Shown here in pieces: positions 23,701 to 36,557 of a stretch of DNA of 64,000 nucleotides. Within the stretch, counting starts at the first letter, position 1; each line of letters begins with the position of its first letter. This DNA comes from Harriotta raleighana (lineage: Eukaryota): contig JBNZDD010013599.1 of NCBI GenBank assembly GCA_050575255.1, positions 1,042,088 through 1,106,087 of the forward strand, written 5' to 3'. The translations under genes were made by a program, and so were the position numbers. The notes below the pieces were generated by a model. It worked only from the letters and a program-made list of their open reading frames with translations. It did not search any database and was not told the DNA's origin.

Positions 23701-24454
23701 GTGTGTCCCGAATCCCGTATCAGTTTTAATCATTAGCAGAGGATTACGTCCATGCAATCCCTGGTTTTATGGAAGGAAAGACATTCCTGGCTAATCTAGG
23801 GGGAGCTTAATGAAAGGATGATGGAACGTGACGAATTACTACTTGAAAGGTTGCCTCACAAAGGTTGCTTTGCGTAGTTGTGTAACACAAATGCAAGTTG
23901 TTGTTGTTGAAAGACACAACACTGGGATGGGGTGGGGTGGTGCGGGGGAGTGGAGGCGAAGAAATTTGATTGGGAGAAATTCTCTCACATAAAGTAAAAG
24001 TAATCCTGAGCCATTTTCCTCAGATATTCACGTCATACAGCGGGTATGACTGTATGATTTTCGTTGCTGTTGCTTTGCTATAAGAGATCTCTGCCCAGAT
24101 TGAGTTACAGTATTTTAGGTTGGAAAGAATTTCTCAGCTGCACTGTTTTCCCCGTGTCCATGTGCTGATCGAGAGGCCGGTAGGAGATTCGAGAGTTTCG
24201 CGGCTTTCGTTTCAGGTTTCAATCCCGTCCGATTCAAATTCACACGGAGAGATGAAAAATATGAATTTCTAATCATTATTGTTTTTTGATAATAGTGTTT
24301 TCGCGGGAACAATTCAACTGCAAGTTGTTTTATCAGTGACTGCTTTACAGTATCATTTCTTTTCTTCCCTTTGCCCTTTCTGCCTCTGTCCCCCAAGCCT
24401 TTATACTATCCGCAGCCAGGACTTCAAGACAAAATGCAAACATTTTTATTTTGT

Positions 24455-24750
24455 GGCGGGCGTTCTGTAGCTCAGCGGTTAGAGCAAGCTCGCCTTGCCA
24501 AGCGAGAGACCCGAGTTCGATCCCCAGCGGGGCGAAATCTTGGGCAAGTTTATTTACTACACAGGCCTGAAAATATTCCGCCCACAAAAAAAAAAGCAAA
24601 GAATAATAAATTGGTCATTTCAATCCACGACTGTTTGTGCGTTTGACGCGTTTCACCCACAAAATATACAGTATATGCTGTGAAAGTGCTTTGAGACCTC
24701 CAGAAGATGTGAAAAGCCCTACATCAAATGCCAGGATTATTATTATTAAT
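24455..24750 (+). mobile_element. Near full-length tRNA-derived SINE (same family)
   Basis: TAGCTCAGCGG...GTTCGATCCC head, same body and (TTA)n tail. Confidence 0.9.
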
Positions 24751-27296
24751 AGACTGGATGCGTTGTACACTGTTGTTGGATCCTATATGACAGGGAGGCT
24801 CTGAATGCATTTCAAACTCTTATTGATTTTCCGTTTAACATTTTTACTGCTTCAATCGAACGAGCCTGTCTGTGCAATGCTGAGTTGTGTCAATTGAGAA
24901 ATCAAGTTAAATTGAAAAGCAAAATATAAATAAACTCCGGAGTGACCAGAGGGTGAAATTCTTTCTCGGAGCAGTTTCGGATCAGCTTCGGTGTCTTAAA
25001 GGCAGCTCAGACGAATCAAGAGTCTGTAAGCACTGCTTCAGTGCTCCAGTTATCAAGCATTCACTATCTGAATCTTGTTCGAGGAACAGATAAAATCTCT
25101 TCACGGGGTAAAACAGTCAACAACTGAATCAGAAGAAAGCATAGAGTAAGCAGAGAGCATGTTCCTGCTGCGGAAAACTTGTGACTATATATATCAATAT
25201 ATAAAATAAAAGGTGTTTTAAGCCTTCCTATTCATGTACTGTACCCAATGTAACAGAGTAGAACCTAATAAACAGCTCATGAAATGTACGCTGCCTCTCT
25301 CTCCGCTCTCCACACCCACACCCACACACACACACACCCACGCGTTTCTCAAATCATAAAACACTGCACCGATCAGGAAGTTTAACAATTAAAAAAAAGG
25401 CTTCATTTCACAGATATTTGGATTGGCGTTGTCACACATATCAACTGATACCCAGGAAACCTTAAATCCACACTCAGTCAGCAGGAATACTTAATGAGGG
25501 CAACATCAAAGGGCTGACTACAGTGAACAGCATTGGGAACAGAGCTATGACATCTGAGCCATATGCACGCAGACAAAAGCACAGACACCCAATGTCAATA
25601 CTTCAAGAGAACAATGTTGTCCTTGGGTTAAACAGGTACTGTGTTTACTGTCGGACTGCCACGTTAATAATATAATTAGACGCTGGAAACACAGGGAGAA
25701 AACCATGACACAAAGATACAACGGGGCCCACGGACTTTGCTAACTTTAGATTTTAATCATAAAACTAACAGAAAGGGCGTAGCCTGTAAACTAATGAATA
25801 GAGACAATTCTTCCCGCAGGAATACAAGTCTGTGCTATCTGAGCTTTCTGGATTCAGGCCAGTAACAAGTTTATTTCCACCCACACATCTGCACATTTCA
25901 TGTCTGGACATAGTGCGCTGTTACTTATTTTGGGTTGAAATTATATGAACTGCTGTTCCAAAAGCACATTGCTAGTCTAGGCACAGTGTGGTTTAACTTG
26001 TCGTTCTGTAAAATTATAGGAATTACTGTTCCAGAATATTCAAAAGCAAATGTAAGTTACATTGAATTTTGCAAGTCGGGGCGGGTGACACTTAAGTTTT
26101 GTGAAAAGAAAAATCCATCGAGACAACACGTGGATTATGTAAAAAAAAATGGGGTAGCAAAAGAGTTCCATCCTCTTAAGAACTTGGAAAATAATGAAGA
26201 CAAGAGACAGAGCTGTGAGCTTTGTTTAAACACAAGGAAGGTACAGGCTGAAGGAGGGGAGAGCAGCACAAACTATTCAAGACTCAAAAAGGATGTGCTG
26301 GGAGCAATCATTATAGGATTATTGATAAATCAGAGAGACAAACGACTGGACTCCCCGAGTTCCCGAGTCCCGGAGCCTACACACGTGGCCACAGATTCCT
26401 CACCTCAATAGTGTTGACAACTGAGCAGTGACGGATTCAGGGGATGCAACATCAAGTTATCAATCATTGTAAAGTGGCTTAGAATATTAAGTCACTCCTG
26501 ACTCAATTTCCCAAAGGATTCCCGAAAACAGTACCTTCACTGATTTTAACCAGCGGCTCGTTGGAAGTAAACTACATCAAAATCCTCACCACGGACACAG
26601 CTCGCTAACTCAGAATGTATTAGGTGAGGTTAGTATGATTGACCCAGACTGAAGTGAAAGCAAAAGTTTACTTCAGTTGAATCAAGACAGCAGTTTGCAA
26701 ATACCCCTACGTGTTTAGTGAGTCGCGTGAAAAGGTCATCCGTCCACGATGAAACATTTAAATTGAAGGGAGCAGAAAGGAAATAAATATCTTCAAGGGA
26801 TTTGTTTCTGTAAAGCTAATTCTGTTTGCTGTCGGCATAAAGCTCACTCAACTGGTGGCTTCAACAGCAAAATCTCCAGAGAGAGAGAGAGAGAAAAAGG
26901 AATTAAGCTAATGCCAATATTCTCTGACGATCCTTCAGCCAGACAAACTCAACAATCATTCGGAACAACTAAAGCCACAAGGTCAGTGATTTCCTATTAG
27001 AAAGCAGTATGGAGCAGTCAAAAATAATTATCTTGTGTGTATCTTTTTTTTTTTAAAAATGATGAAATGAGCTCCGATACCTGAACTAACTTGTCTACCT
27101 CCATCCAGTTTTTGGCATGCATAACATATCAATGCTGTGGATACTTGGCAGTGACGAGATCCACATAGATTCAAAACTGCCACCCACCCACATCTCCCAA
27201 CCCCCCCCCCCACACCTACTTTTGGTGCTCCAATGGAGTAAGAATCATTTTAACATTTAAAACAGACTATTTTACACACTGGTACCTCTCTTATGC

Positions 27297-27302
27297 TTTA
27301 TT
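27297..27302 (-). terminator. Candidate CDC42BPB polyadenylation signal
   Basis: tttatt on + (AATAAA on -), about 1.5 kb after the stop in an AU-rich 3'UTR; other tttatt hexamers exist (e.g. near 25870). Confidence 0.4.
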
Positions 27303-28772
27303 GACAAGTCCATTTTCAATATTTTGTCAAAGCACAATTCCATAATTACAAAGAGTGGTTAGCTGAATTGTAAGACTACCCACTTTCACAAATTAACATT
27401 AAAAAAAAATCAAACTGTTTCACCAGTAGTGTTAGGCTCCACAGTGAGCCCTTTCGTATTTTAAGTAAATGATAAAAGAAATTCTGATTAGTTGCTTAAT
27501 GTGACATGTCACAATTACCATCCAATATGCAGGGGAGCTGGGTGACTAAAACATGCAAATTCTTTACAGTGATCTATAGGGAACTTATACTGCATCTGTA
27601 TAAACTGTAAATTGTCATAAATACATCACAGAAGGCACACGGGTGCGATGACAAATTTGATATACTGGCTGTGGTGTACAAGCCTTTAATGCAATACGGA
27701 CACAATCCTATGAGTAATAATGTTATCATACACTGAACTTGAGTTTTATATATGTACACATACATACAACACACACAACCACACATTAACTGTAACCACG
27801 GGGGAACATATCATCGTCTTGGGGCACAGAATGTATAAGACTGCTGTGGATTTTTTTTTCAAAAGAAATAACCAGCACAACATTTTTGAAGGTATGGATA
27901 TATTCATGCGAGCGAGGACTTACAAAATGAACAGCAAATTAGAGCAGCTTTTCTGTATCCCGGAGTCACCCGCCTTATACCTATAATACCTCATCCGTAA
28001 TCAGAACAATTACATGTTTGTGTGTGTTTTACAATAGCTGTATATCTGAGCTGCTGTAGTTCTACGTAAAGATTTTCCCTAACATTAATTTCTGCAGTGG
28101 GTCCATAAACATTTATAATCCTGGTTGTAGTCTCTTACTACAGGACAGCACAACAAAAGCAAATCTATTTGAGAGATTAAAAACAATAATACAAAATGCA
28201 ACTAAAATTCTTATTCACAGTATTATTTACTGGTTTCATGTATACCCTGAAGATAACAATTTTTTTTTCTTTTTTTTAAGCTACTGTAATAGGAATAGTA
28301 CAAGGACAATTTTATTTCACCGTTTACCAACTATATTAGAAATCTGGCAGGAAAGTTTGGTGCAAAAGACATTGGCCCTCATAATCCCAAATTCTCAGCA
28401 ATTCACTCGGCTGGTGAAGGATAACGGTCAACACTGCACAAAACCTAACGCTCAGGGAATATGATACTTAAAGAGTCAGTCACTTTTGTTTCCTGGGCCG
28501 ACCTTGGAAATATACGGGGACCTTATTCATAAATGATCATGGATATATAATTTAATGTGCAATCTGCAAGAATTAACAGAAAAAAATATTCTTCATTCTT
28601 GGCACTTTCTTGTAGTAAGACTTTAAATTCAGCAGAAATCCATTTTTCACGTGGCGGGGGTGNGGGGGGGGGAGAGGGTGGTGTGGGGAAAGGGGTGTAA
28701 GAAAATCTATGACAATAAAGAATCCTATTAGTGTGTGGCAGATGCACTATAAAGTATTACTAGAGGCAATGG

Positions 28773-28904
28773 TCATGCATCGAAGGTGGAGTGGTCCAAA
28801 CCATCCAGTGTCATTTGGTTCCTGTGGGGGGAGTTTGGACTTGGTGGGCTACTTGGATTTGAGCTGTTTGAAGGAGTTGAATGCCTCGTTGAATCTGAGT
28901 CCTG
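28773..28904 (-). CDS. CDC42BPB: CDC42BPB last exon
   Basis: [43 protein letters not shown]; CAGCAG tandem acceptor. Confidence 0.93.
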   Translation of the reverse strand, partial: QDSDSTRHSTPSNSSNPSSPPSPNSPHRNQMTLDGLDHSTFDA

Positions 28905-29039
28905 CTGATAAGAGACAATAAGAGAGAAAAAAAACATTAATCTGTTCACTTTTGTGGCTCCTTTAATTGGGAAAATTAAATTGAAATTCTGGATGTCGCT
29001 GCATCGCAATGAACCCAGAGGACAAACGGAGGTAATTAC

Positions 29040-29098
29040 CTCTTTTTCAAATTCTTGCTCAGGATCTGATATTTTACGTGATGAAACAGCTTCCCCAC
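29040..29098 (-). CDS. CDC42BPB: CDC42BPB penultimate exon
   Basis: (G)[19 protein letters not shown]|gtaatt. Confidence 0.88.
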
Positions 29099-30195
29099 CT
29101 AAACAAGAGGATAAACAGTGAAATAAGGCCTTGACATTTTCTTGGCAAATGTTTCATTTTTACTGTTGCAACANATGGGGGGGGGGGGGGGGGGGGGGGA
29201 AGGACGTAAGAATATACCATTGGTATCAGTTTTCAACTCATTCCTGACCCAAATACAAAAGGATTACAAATTGCAGTTGGAGTTTTGCCCTTTTTGAATC
29301 TGTCCCTACTTCTATGACTCTACTCTGCAAAGGATATGGGGGGAGAGCAGGGAGCGGGACTGATCTGGCTGAACTTCTAAAAAAAAAGCCAGCACAAGCA
29401 CAGTGGACTGGACAGATGCTTTCTGTGCTGTCATCTTCCATAATAAGCAAAAAGAGCCAGTGACAATCTTTTAAACATAGTGCAATCATGACGTTCAGAT
29501 GCAAGTTGAGCTTCTATCGTGTCAATTTAAACCGACTGCGTTTTCTGTTCATAATCATTTCTTGCCGGATTGACTTTTCGTGTTAAATCAGGACTGTAGC
29601 TACTGACTGGTTTAGCTAACAGGGATGTTCAAGTCCCCACATCTTAAATAATTCTCCCTATTACCCCTCCAGGAATAGGGACAATCAAAAGCCCATTATA
29701 AAATAAAAGACAAATCCAGATTTTTCTCGAGTTTGACAGCTTGTTTGATGTACAACGATATCAAACACCAAAAAAAAAAAAGGGCTTCAGGACAACATAT
29801 TTTTCACCTGCCTTGGAAGAATTTAAAGACAGGGCTGCAGTGAATAGCCTATTTCTTAAGATGATCAACCAATTGAAAGGCATCTCACTGACAATAACAA
29901 TCTGCAATTGCAATTTTAACAGTCCAATCTTGCCTTCCAATTTTCAAGACTCTGCAGGTATTTGTTTCAGATTTCCAGCACCTGTAGTATTTTATCTTTT
30001 GAGATCTATTTGTGTGATCTTTTGAGTCATACAGGAGTCTAGCGGTGTGCAATGTTTTGGCCAATTTTTTTTTTGTAATGTGCTTGGGGAAGATGCTGTT
30101 TGCTTGTTTCTACATGACCTGGGAGAGAAAAATCCAGACAATACAAATCATTTCCAATGGATATATTTCAACTATCGCATCATTAATTACTCTAC

Positions 30196-30304
30196 CTGAT
30201 GCTGTACGTGAAATATATTGCTTGCTTCGCTGTTGCCTTGAAAGATTGGAATGGGAAGCACGTTTCTCTCTCGATGGCTCATCTTGTGTTACTGGCAATA
30301 CACT
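30196..30304 (-). CDS. CDC42BPB: CDC42BPB exon ~35
   Basis: SVLPVTQDEPSREKRASHSNLSRQQRSKQYISRTAS+G|gtagag. Confidence 0.87.
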
Positions 30305-30446
30305 CTGCAGTAAGAAGTGAAAATTACAATACATTTCCCCCTCCCCCTATATAATGAAATGCTCAACACCTTTATAAACAATGAGTTTACGATGATTTTG
30401 CTTTTGGAGGGCTTAGCCAGCTGCAATTTGGGATAGGAATTCCTAC

Positions 30447-30635
30447 CCTGACTGAGGTAGAGGAACAGGGGCAGGAAGAGGAAGAGAGCAGAGGGAAGCC
30501 TTGCAGTGAGGACTGATCATTCTGGAGATAGATTTCAGCAGAGAGTGTGTTCATGTGATAGATGTGCTCGAAGTTGGTTGGAGGAGAAATCTGGGCATGC
30601 TGTCGAGAGGATGAAGGGGAAGGAAAATCTTTCTG
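30447..30635 (-). CDS. CDC42BPB: CDC42BPB probable cassette exon encoding a second CRIB motif
   Basis: ttag|QKDFPSPSSSRQHAQISPPTNFEHIYHMNTLSAEIYLQNDQSSLQGFPLLSSSSCPCSSTSVR|gtagga; 189 nt, phase 0-0, no stop. Confidence 0.8.
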
Positions 30636-31573
30636 CTAAGTCAACAAAAGGAAACAGACTAGTTAATTATTTTAGGAATAATATCAACAAAACCATTGTG
30701 TTATTCTACGATTCCATTATTTTTTACAACAGGTTCAGATTTTATGCCAAACTTTCACAGAAACGATTGGGTTGTAAAGAATGAATTTAATGATTTAATC
30801 TTTGGATTTGCTTTTAAGAATCGTCAAACTTACGATTTTATGTAAAACTGGTAAGACGTATGTAAAACTGGTGATTTTTTTTTAAAAAGCAGCATTTAGA
30901 ATTTGGGACAACTATTCAGATTTACTTTTTGCGTTTCACAAGGTAAATGCAAAAAGTGTTGAACGCAAGAAAATACAACGCCAGTGATCATTCGGCCATT
31001 CATGCACTTTTGTTTTTAAAATATCATTTTTTTTTGGATACCTGCCAGTCAAACACTCCTTGCCTGAACTTGCAAGATCTTGGGTCATATTATTACTTGT
31101 AGACATTTTTTTTTTGAACACAGGGTAAATACAACTTTCTGTCAAAATCCAATATATTAATCTGACAATTAAAAGATAATTTTGATTCAAAACAAAACAT
31201 CATGGCCCCGAAAGCACAGTGACGTTTTCGTAATAAAAGAGAATTAGAAAGTGCAAATATGCTGAGCACAAATGCAGTGTTAGATAAGCAGTTTAGCAAT
31301 TGTGCAATGTGGCTACATGAATAGGTATAGACGAAAACCTTGCTGAATATTTCGCCTTAAATCACTCCATTTGCTTTTGCTACCCCACAATGTGACTTGC
31401 AGGGTGAATAATGCTTTGAACAATTCGCATAAGCAATAGTTTCCAGATAGGATTTGGGCAAAATGTCATCACTCTTCACTACTTCCTTTGGTAATCGGAC
31501 TAAATCGAGACAAGCATTTCAGCCGGACCAAACCATTACTGTGGTTTATGATCTGATCATAGATTAGTCTTTA

Positions 31574-31756
<183 letters not shown>

Positions 31757-31828
31757 TCAGAAGTTTTTTTTTCTCAAAAAAAAGTGTGTTTCCAGAAAGA
31801 ACATTAAAAAAAAAGAAGGTTGTCCTAC

Positions 31829-31949
31829 CTTCTTTGTAGTAATCTTTCTTCTTCTGATACTTTAAATGCAAACCTCTTCTTGCTCCGGGTTCTGAGCATC
31901 TGCTTTTTGCTGTTATCAGAGGTGTCCGGTACAGTCAAATCATCCCCTT
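31829..31949 (-). CDS. CDC42BPB: CDC42BPB exon ~33
   Basis: [39 protein letters not shown]. Confidence 0.95.
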
Positions 31950-32843
31950 CTGTAAAAATTACATGACAACAAATTTCTAAGACCAATTGTATGAGACGAT
32001 TTGGAACTCAAAGCCTCTAATGTTTTGTTTAGTCAGAAACAGGGCCCAGATTTCAATGGGTAATAAAAAAAAGTAAATGAATCTACAAACAAAATAGGAT
32101 AGATTCATGCAATAAATATCAACCCTCCTACTGTCAAGACACTAATTTTTTTCCCCTTTTATCAAAACTATAATCCATAGCTGTTCAATATAAAATAACT
32201 GCGTTTATCCAATTCAAGTAACAAAAGTAATATTCCACAATATAAATGTTCTGCATTTATTCACATTTAACATTCCTGGACACAGAACCACAGAAACAAA
32301 ACAAAACTGATGATCAGTTTCAGTTCATTAATACTGGCTCAAGACTGAGAAAAGCAGAGGTAGAGAGAAAAATAATCACATACACATGTGAAAAGGGTGG
32401 GGTGGAACAGTCCTCAAGGTTAAATTGTATTAAAACAGCCAAAAGCCACATAACCTAGAAGGTAGACAAAGTAGCAAGTGTTCCACTTTCAAAAATACTG
32501 TTTTCAAAAAGAAAGCAACAATTTTATTCTCCTTTGTTCATATTAAACAAATCTTTGCATTTGTTATGAAGTCCATAGCGTGAAAACATAGCAAAGTGCT
32601 TCACAGCTAATTGCTGGTAAGCATTGTGTATTTTTCAATGGGAAGTGTGGCAAGTACAGTACTATAAAACTGGGTGTAAGTTATGGGGTTACCAACTATT
32701 TCTTTATCTGTTAAGTTTTATTCAGTTTGTAAATTAATAAATAATGTCTTCCATTGGACAAGGTGAAATACATGTCCCTACAAGGATTATTATTATTTCT
32801 TCATGCATCACATTAAGTTACGGATGAAATGAGTGAAACAAAC

Positions 32844-32926
32844 CTGAGTAGTTTTTCTTGAAGTATATTAACCGTGCGGGTTCTGAGTTGAGTTGGTTTA
32901 GTGTTCCATCAGCATTTAATGGTCGG

Positions 32927-32928
<2 letters not shown>
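32844..32928 (-). CDS. CDC42BPB: CDC42BPB exon ~32 (CNH end)
   Basis: [28 protein letters not shown]; acceptor preceded by (TG)21. Confidence 0.92.

Positions 32929-32930
<2 letters not shown>

Positions 32931-32972
<42 letters not shown>
32931..32972. repeat. (AC)21 microsatellite adjoining a CDC42BPB splice acceptor
   Basis: Read directly from sequence. Confidence 0.95.
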
Positions 32973-32977
<5 letters not shown>

Positions 32978-33071
32978 GAAAAGAGCTGATATGAATACTG
33001 TGCCACATAATTTACTGGGTGTCTAAAATAATAATTTTCATCCAGAGTAAAGTTTGCCAGTACATCAGTAC

Positions 33072-33169
33072 CTTCCGAAGGGGAATTGTCTGTACCCAGT
33101 CCATAGTGTTTGCATCAAAGACATCCACACCATATTCACTGTAAACTGCTAGATATGAACTGCTGTAAA
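33072..33169 (-). CDS. CDC42BPB: CDC42BPB exon ~31 (CNH)
   Basis: [32 protein letters not shown]. Confidence 0.94.
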
Positions 33170-33944
33170 CTGGTGTGGGTAAGAGAAATGAAAAATCAAT
33201 TATATAACTAAATTTATCAAAAAGCACTTTGCATTTAGTTATCGCATCAAACTGCCAACCTGTTCAAACTAAATCTGTAGCAGGATTCTCAGAAGCACTG
33301 TTAAAAGTCTTGGGTACAAGTTAGCGGTCTGATTTAGGAGAACTGGCTTGATTGGGACTCAATTCTCTCTTCCTGTGACATCTGACTCAACAGATGAGGG
33401 GGAAAAGCAGGAAATATAGGGATTGTTGTCTTCAAATTTCTATTGCCGCATAAAGTAGTGCAGTCGTGTGAGCTGGATGCCACAGTTATATACCTGCACA
33501 TAACACTTTGAAGCGAAGAGCTGAGTTCAGATAACTTGTGCATAAAATAAAAGCTGAAACCAGCTCCTGCTGATCTCAGACTGCCAGCAAAATTCAGCAA
33601 GTTTCAAAAGAGAATCTCCATATATATTGCCTGAAGACAAGGGCAATGAATTATCGACCGCAAATCTACTTCTAAACTCACCACCATCTCAAATTGTAAA
33701 ACAAAAAAAACACTTTAGAAAGGTACCAAGATAAATGATTGGAATTTGGTGAAATCCTTTTAAATGTTAATTAACCACCATACTTAGATGTTTAAAAAAC
33801 AACGTGTGAAAGAAGCATTAGATGTAATGCATTTAACATCTCTCCGCCATATAATAAGGAGAGGGCTGTGTGTTATTAACAACAACCACCTACATTTATA
33901 TGGAGACCTTTATATGGGGCAGGGTCTCAAGAGCGTTTAAACAA

Positions 33945-34045
33945 AATATACAGTCAATTCACTTTCTGGTATATTCTGTGAAGTGCTTTGAGACATCTCA
34001 AAGATATATGGCGATACATCAAATACTGTACAAGGATTATAATAT
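33945..34045 (+). mobile_element. SINE 3' fragment
   Basis: aatatacagtcaattcactttctggtatattctgtgaagtgctttgagacatc. Confidence 0.7.
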
Positions 34046-34121
34046 GCTACTGTTAAACACAAAAATATACAATGCATTTCTCCGATCAGCACAGAAGTAA
34101 ATAATATACATAAATACGTAC

Positions 34122-34718
34122 TGCAGGCTAACGGAACCGCAGGCCACATGAGTTCTTGAGTCCGTGACCTTCTCCCTAGTGAGTCCACATACACACCCAC
34201 ATGGCTGAAGCAGAGCAAGAATTCCCTGTTACTAAGTTCCACTGCACAAAGAGCATCAAAAGGCTGCTGCGAGAGAAATGCAAGCGACGGGTCATTTGGA
34301 TTTACCAGGATAACGGAGGGCCCATCTCCCTGGATATTAAGCAGCGAGAATCCAGAAGGGTAGCCAACACAAAGCTTTTCCTCAAATAGCATCATCCATT
34401 GCACATTGCCACAGGCCTGAACCTCATGAAATTTCTTGTAGTACGGTTTAGTTCGGCTAATTTCATAGCACATGACTTGCCGCTTCACCGCCACAAAGAG
34501 ACAGGACACAATTCCCTGCCGCAGATATCCAGTAGTCATAGTCTGGCAGCCTTTTGTTTCAGCGAGTTTAATATCAAAGCTGGTCTCAGATCCATCAAAA
34601 GCAGCCCATGGGTAAAAATGAACATGTCGATTGCGCCCACAGATAAGGACAATGAGTTTTTCTTTGGGTATAAGCTCAATCTGGTAGACTTTCTTACAGT
34701 CCGCTGCTCGAACGATCA
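34122..34718 (-). CDS. CDC42BPB: CDC42BPB exon ~30 (CNH domain)
   Basis: [33 protein letters not shown]...[17 protein letters not shown], 597 nt. Confidence 0.96.
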
Positions 34719-35053
34719 CTGCAACCAGAGAATATTTGTTACCATATGAAAACATTGCATCATTTTCCGCATTTTGTAAAGCAATTACAATTGTCAAGCT
34801 GCTTTATTTGCTTACAGAGTGGCTCAGGTTTTCAATCACGTCGGCATTTTAAAACTGCGCTGGAAAAAAGGATATCGGAACAAATGCTTGCTTTTGTAAC
34901 CAAAAGAAAATTTCTAATTGAGTATTATTTCCATAAATGTACATTTCAAAAAGCGTAAATTCTCGTATTTATTCTTTCACTGCAACGAATAAATGAACAA
35001 AGTCCACCGTACCAACACAAATTAAACATGGTAATGATTTTTTGATGGCTTAC

Positions 35054-35116
35054 TATCTCGTGTTAACTCTATCGCATACAGTCCTTCCTCTGTGCCAAGT
35101 GCTATACGTTCACGAT
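35054..35116 (-). CDS. CDC42BPB: CDC42BPB exon ~29
   Basis: (D)RERIALGTEEGLYAIELTRD, 63 nt. Confidence 0.92.
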
Positions 35117-35431
35117 CTATGAGAAAAAACCCAAAACAGGTTAGTTTCTGCAAAATTAAATTGTACAATTTTTTAAAAGTTTGAAAGCGTATTGCCCTTA
35201 GTTTGTCTCATAACTCTTCTCCCCCCACCCACACCTTCTCTTTCACTACACAAAATCCACTACACACACACTGGCTACCTCATTTGCTACGCAAAATAGT
35301 CTCTCCACTTTACGTTATATCCTGTAAAGCGCTTTCAGACATCGACAATGTGAAAAGACACTATACCAAATGCAGAGATTATGATTATTATTATTACTGT
35401 TATCTAAGATCACGAGTTACCTATATCTTAC

Positions 35432-35648
35432 CTATAACAGCAGCAGATAAACTTGTTTTAATAAAAGGTAGTGTACTGTCATACGCTTCTTGTGGAATAA
35501 ATACAACTTTGTTCCTAAGTTTATTTTTTTGCAAGATGCTCTGCAATCCTTCTAGTATTCCAACCCATTTTCTCTTCTCATTTTCACTTTCAGTCAGGAT
35601 TAGTAGTGAACAGGTTTTTGATGGTGAGGAGAGTAGTGAGGTCGTCAC
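35432..35648 (-). CDS. CDC42BPB: CDC42BPB exon ~28 (PH end)
   Basis: [39 protein letters not shown]...SAAVI. Confidence 0.95.
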
Positions 35649-36557
35649 CTGTAGAATAATTAATCGCAGTTAAAAGCAGTAACTGGGCCCAATTAATTAC
35701 GTGTGAATACAAAGACAGCAAATAGTGTTTCAGGGAATAAAGAGAAGTTGGGATCATTTGGAATCCTTCCACAAAAATGCAAAACATATTTCTGGCCATT
35801 GGTCTGAGTAGTTTATATTACACTACCCCATCACACTGAGCCAATAAACCTGGATTTTAATTTCACATTAAGGTGAAGAATGTCAGCATTGTGGAGTGGA
35901 ATGCAATGTCAGCAATGAGCAGTGCCAGTGTGGTTACGAATGGCCACAGGCACATTCCTTCTAACTTCCCCAATCATGTACCCAGACCAATGATTCAGAA
36001 CAATACCTTGCAATACCCCAACCTGCAATCACTGCAACATTGCTCATTTGCCACATCCAGTGAACTGCAATGCTCTGACAAGGCCTAAAAGTCAACGACA
36101 ATCTGTCCATGTTGATACTCAACAAACTCATTTCATGTAAGCCCGTGACCGCAAAGAATGGCAGTTTTCATCCCACCAAACGTGATCCGCCACCTTCCAC
36201 TATTCTTTACTCAAACTGTTAAGGCGCTACACAGACTCAGTGTTTACACACTTTACAATATAAACTATAATACTGTGTGAGCTGAACACTTGACCACAAC
36301 TGCTTCCAAATATTCCCCATGTAAATATCCTCATGTAATAACTCCAAGTGATAACCCCATGTAAATATCCTCGCATAGAAATGGAACACCTGGCTATTTC
36401 TATTTGTCCAAATCCACCTATTCATCTGAGAAGATGATTCTGCTCAACAGTTTTAATTACTTTAAAATATTACCTAAAATGTTCATGAACCATATAAGTA
36501 TAACTTAGAGCACTTTTGGGCAATTAACTTTAATCAATCATATTGATAGAGGTCCTG

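Noticed and set aside
25935-26411. 158-aa plus-strand ORF between AMN and CDC42BPB
   Set aside because: Non-ATG start, no recognisable motif and no splice context; probably a chance ORF.
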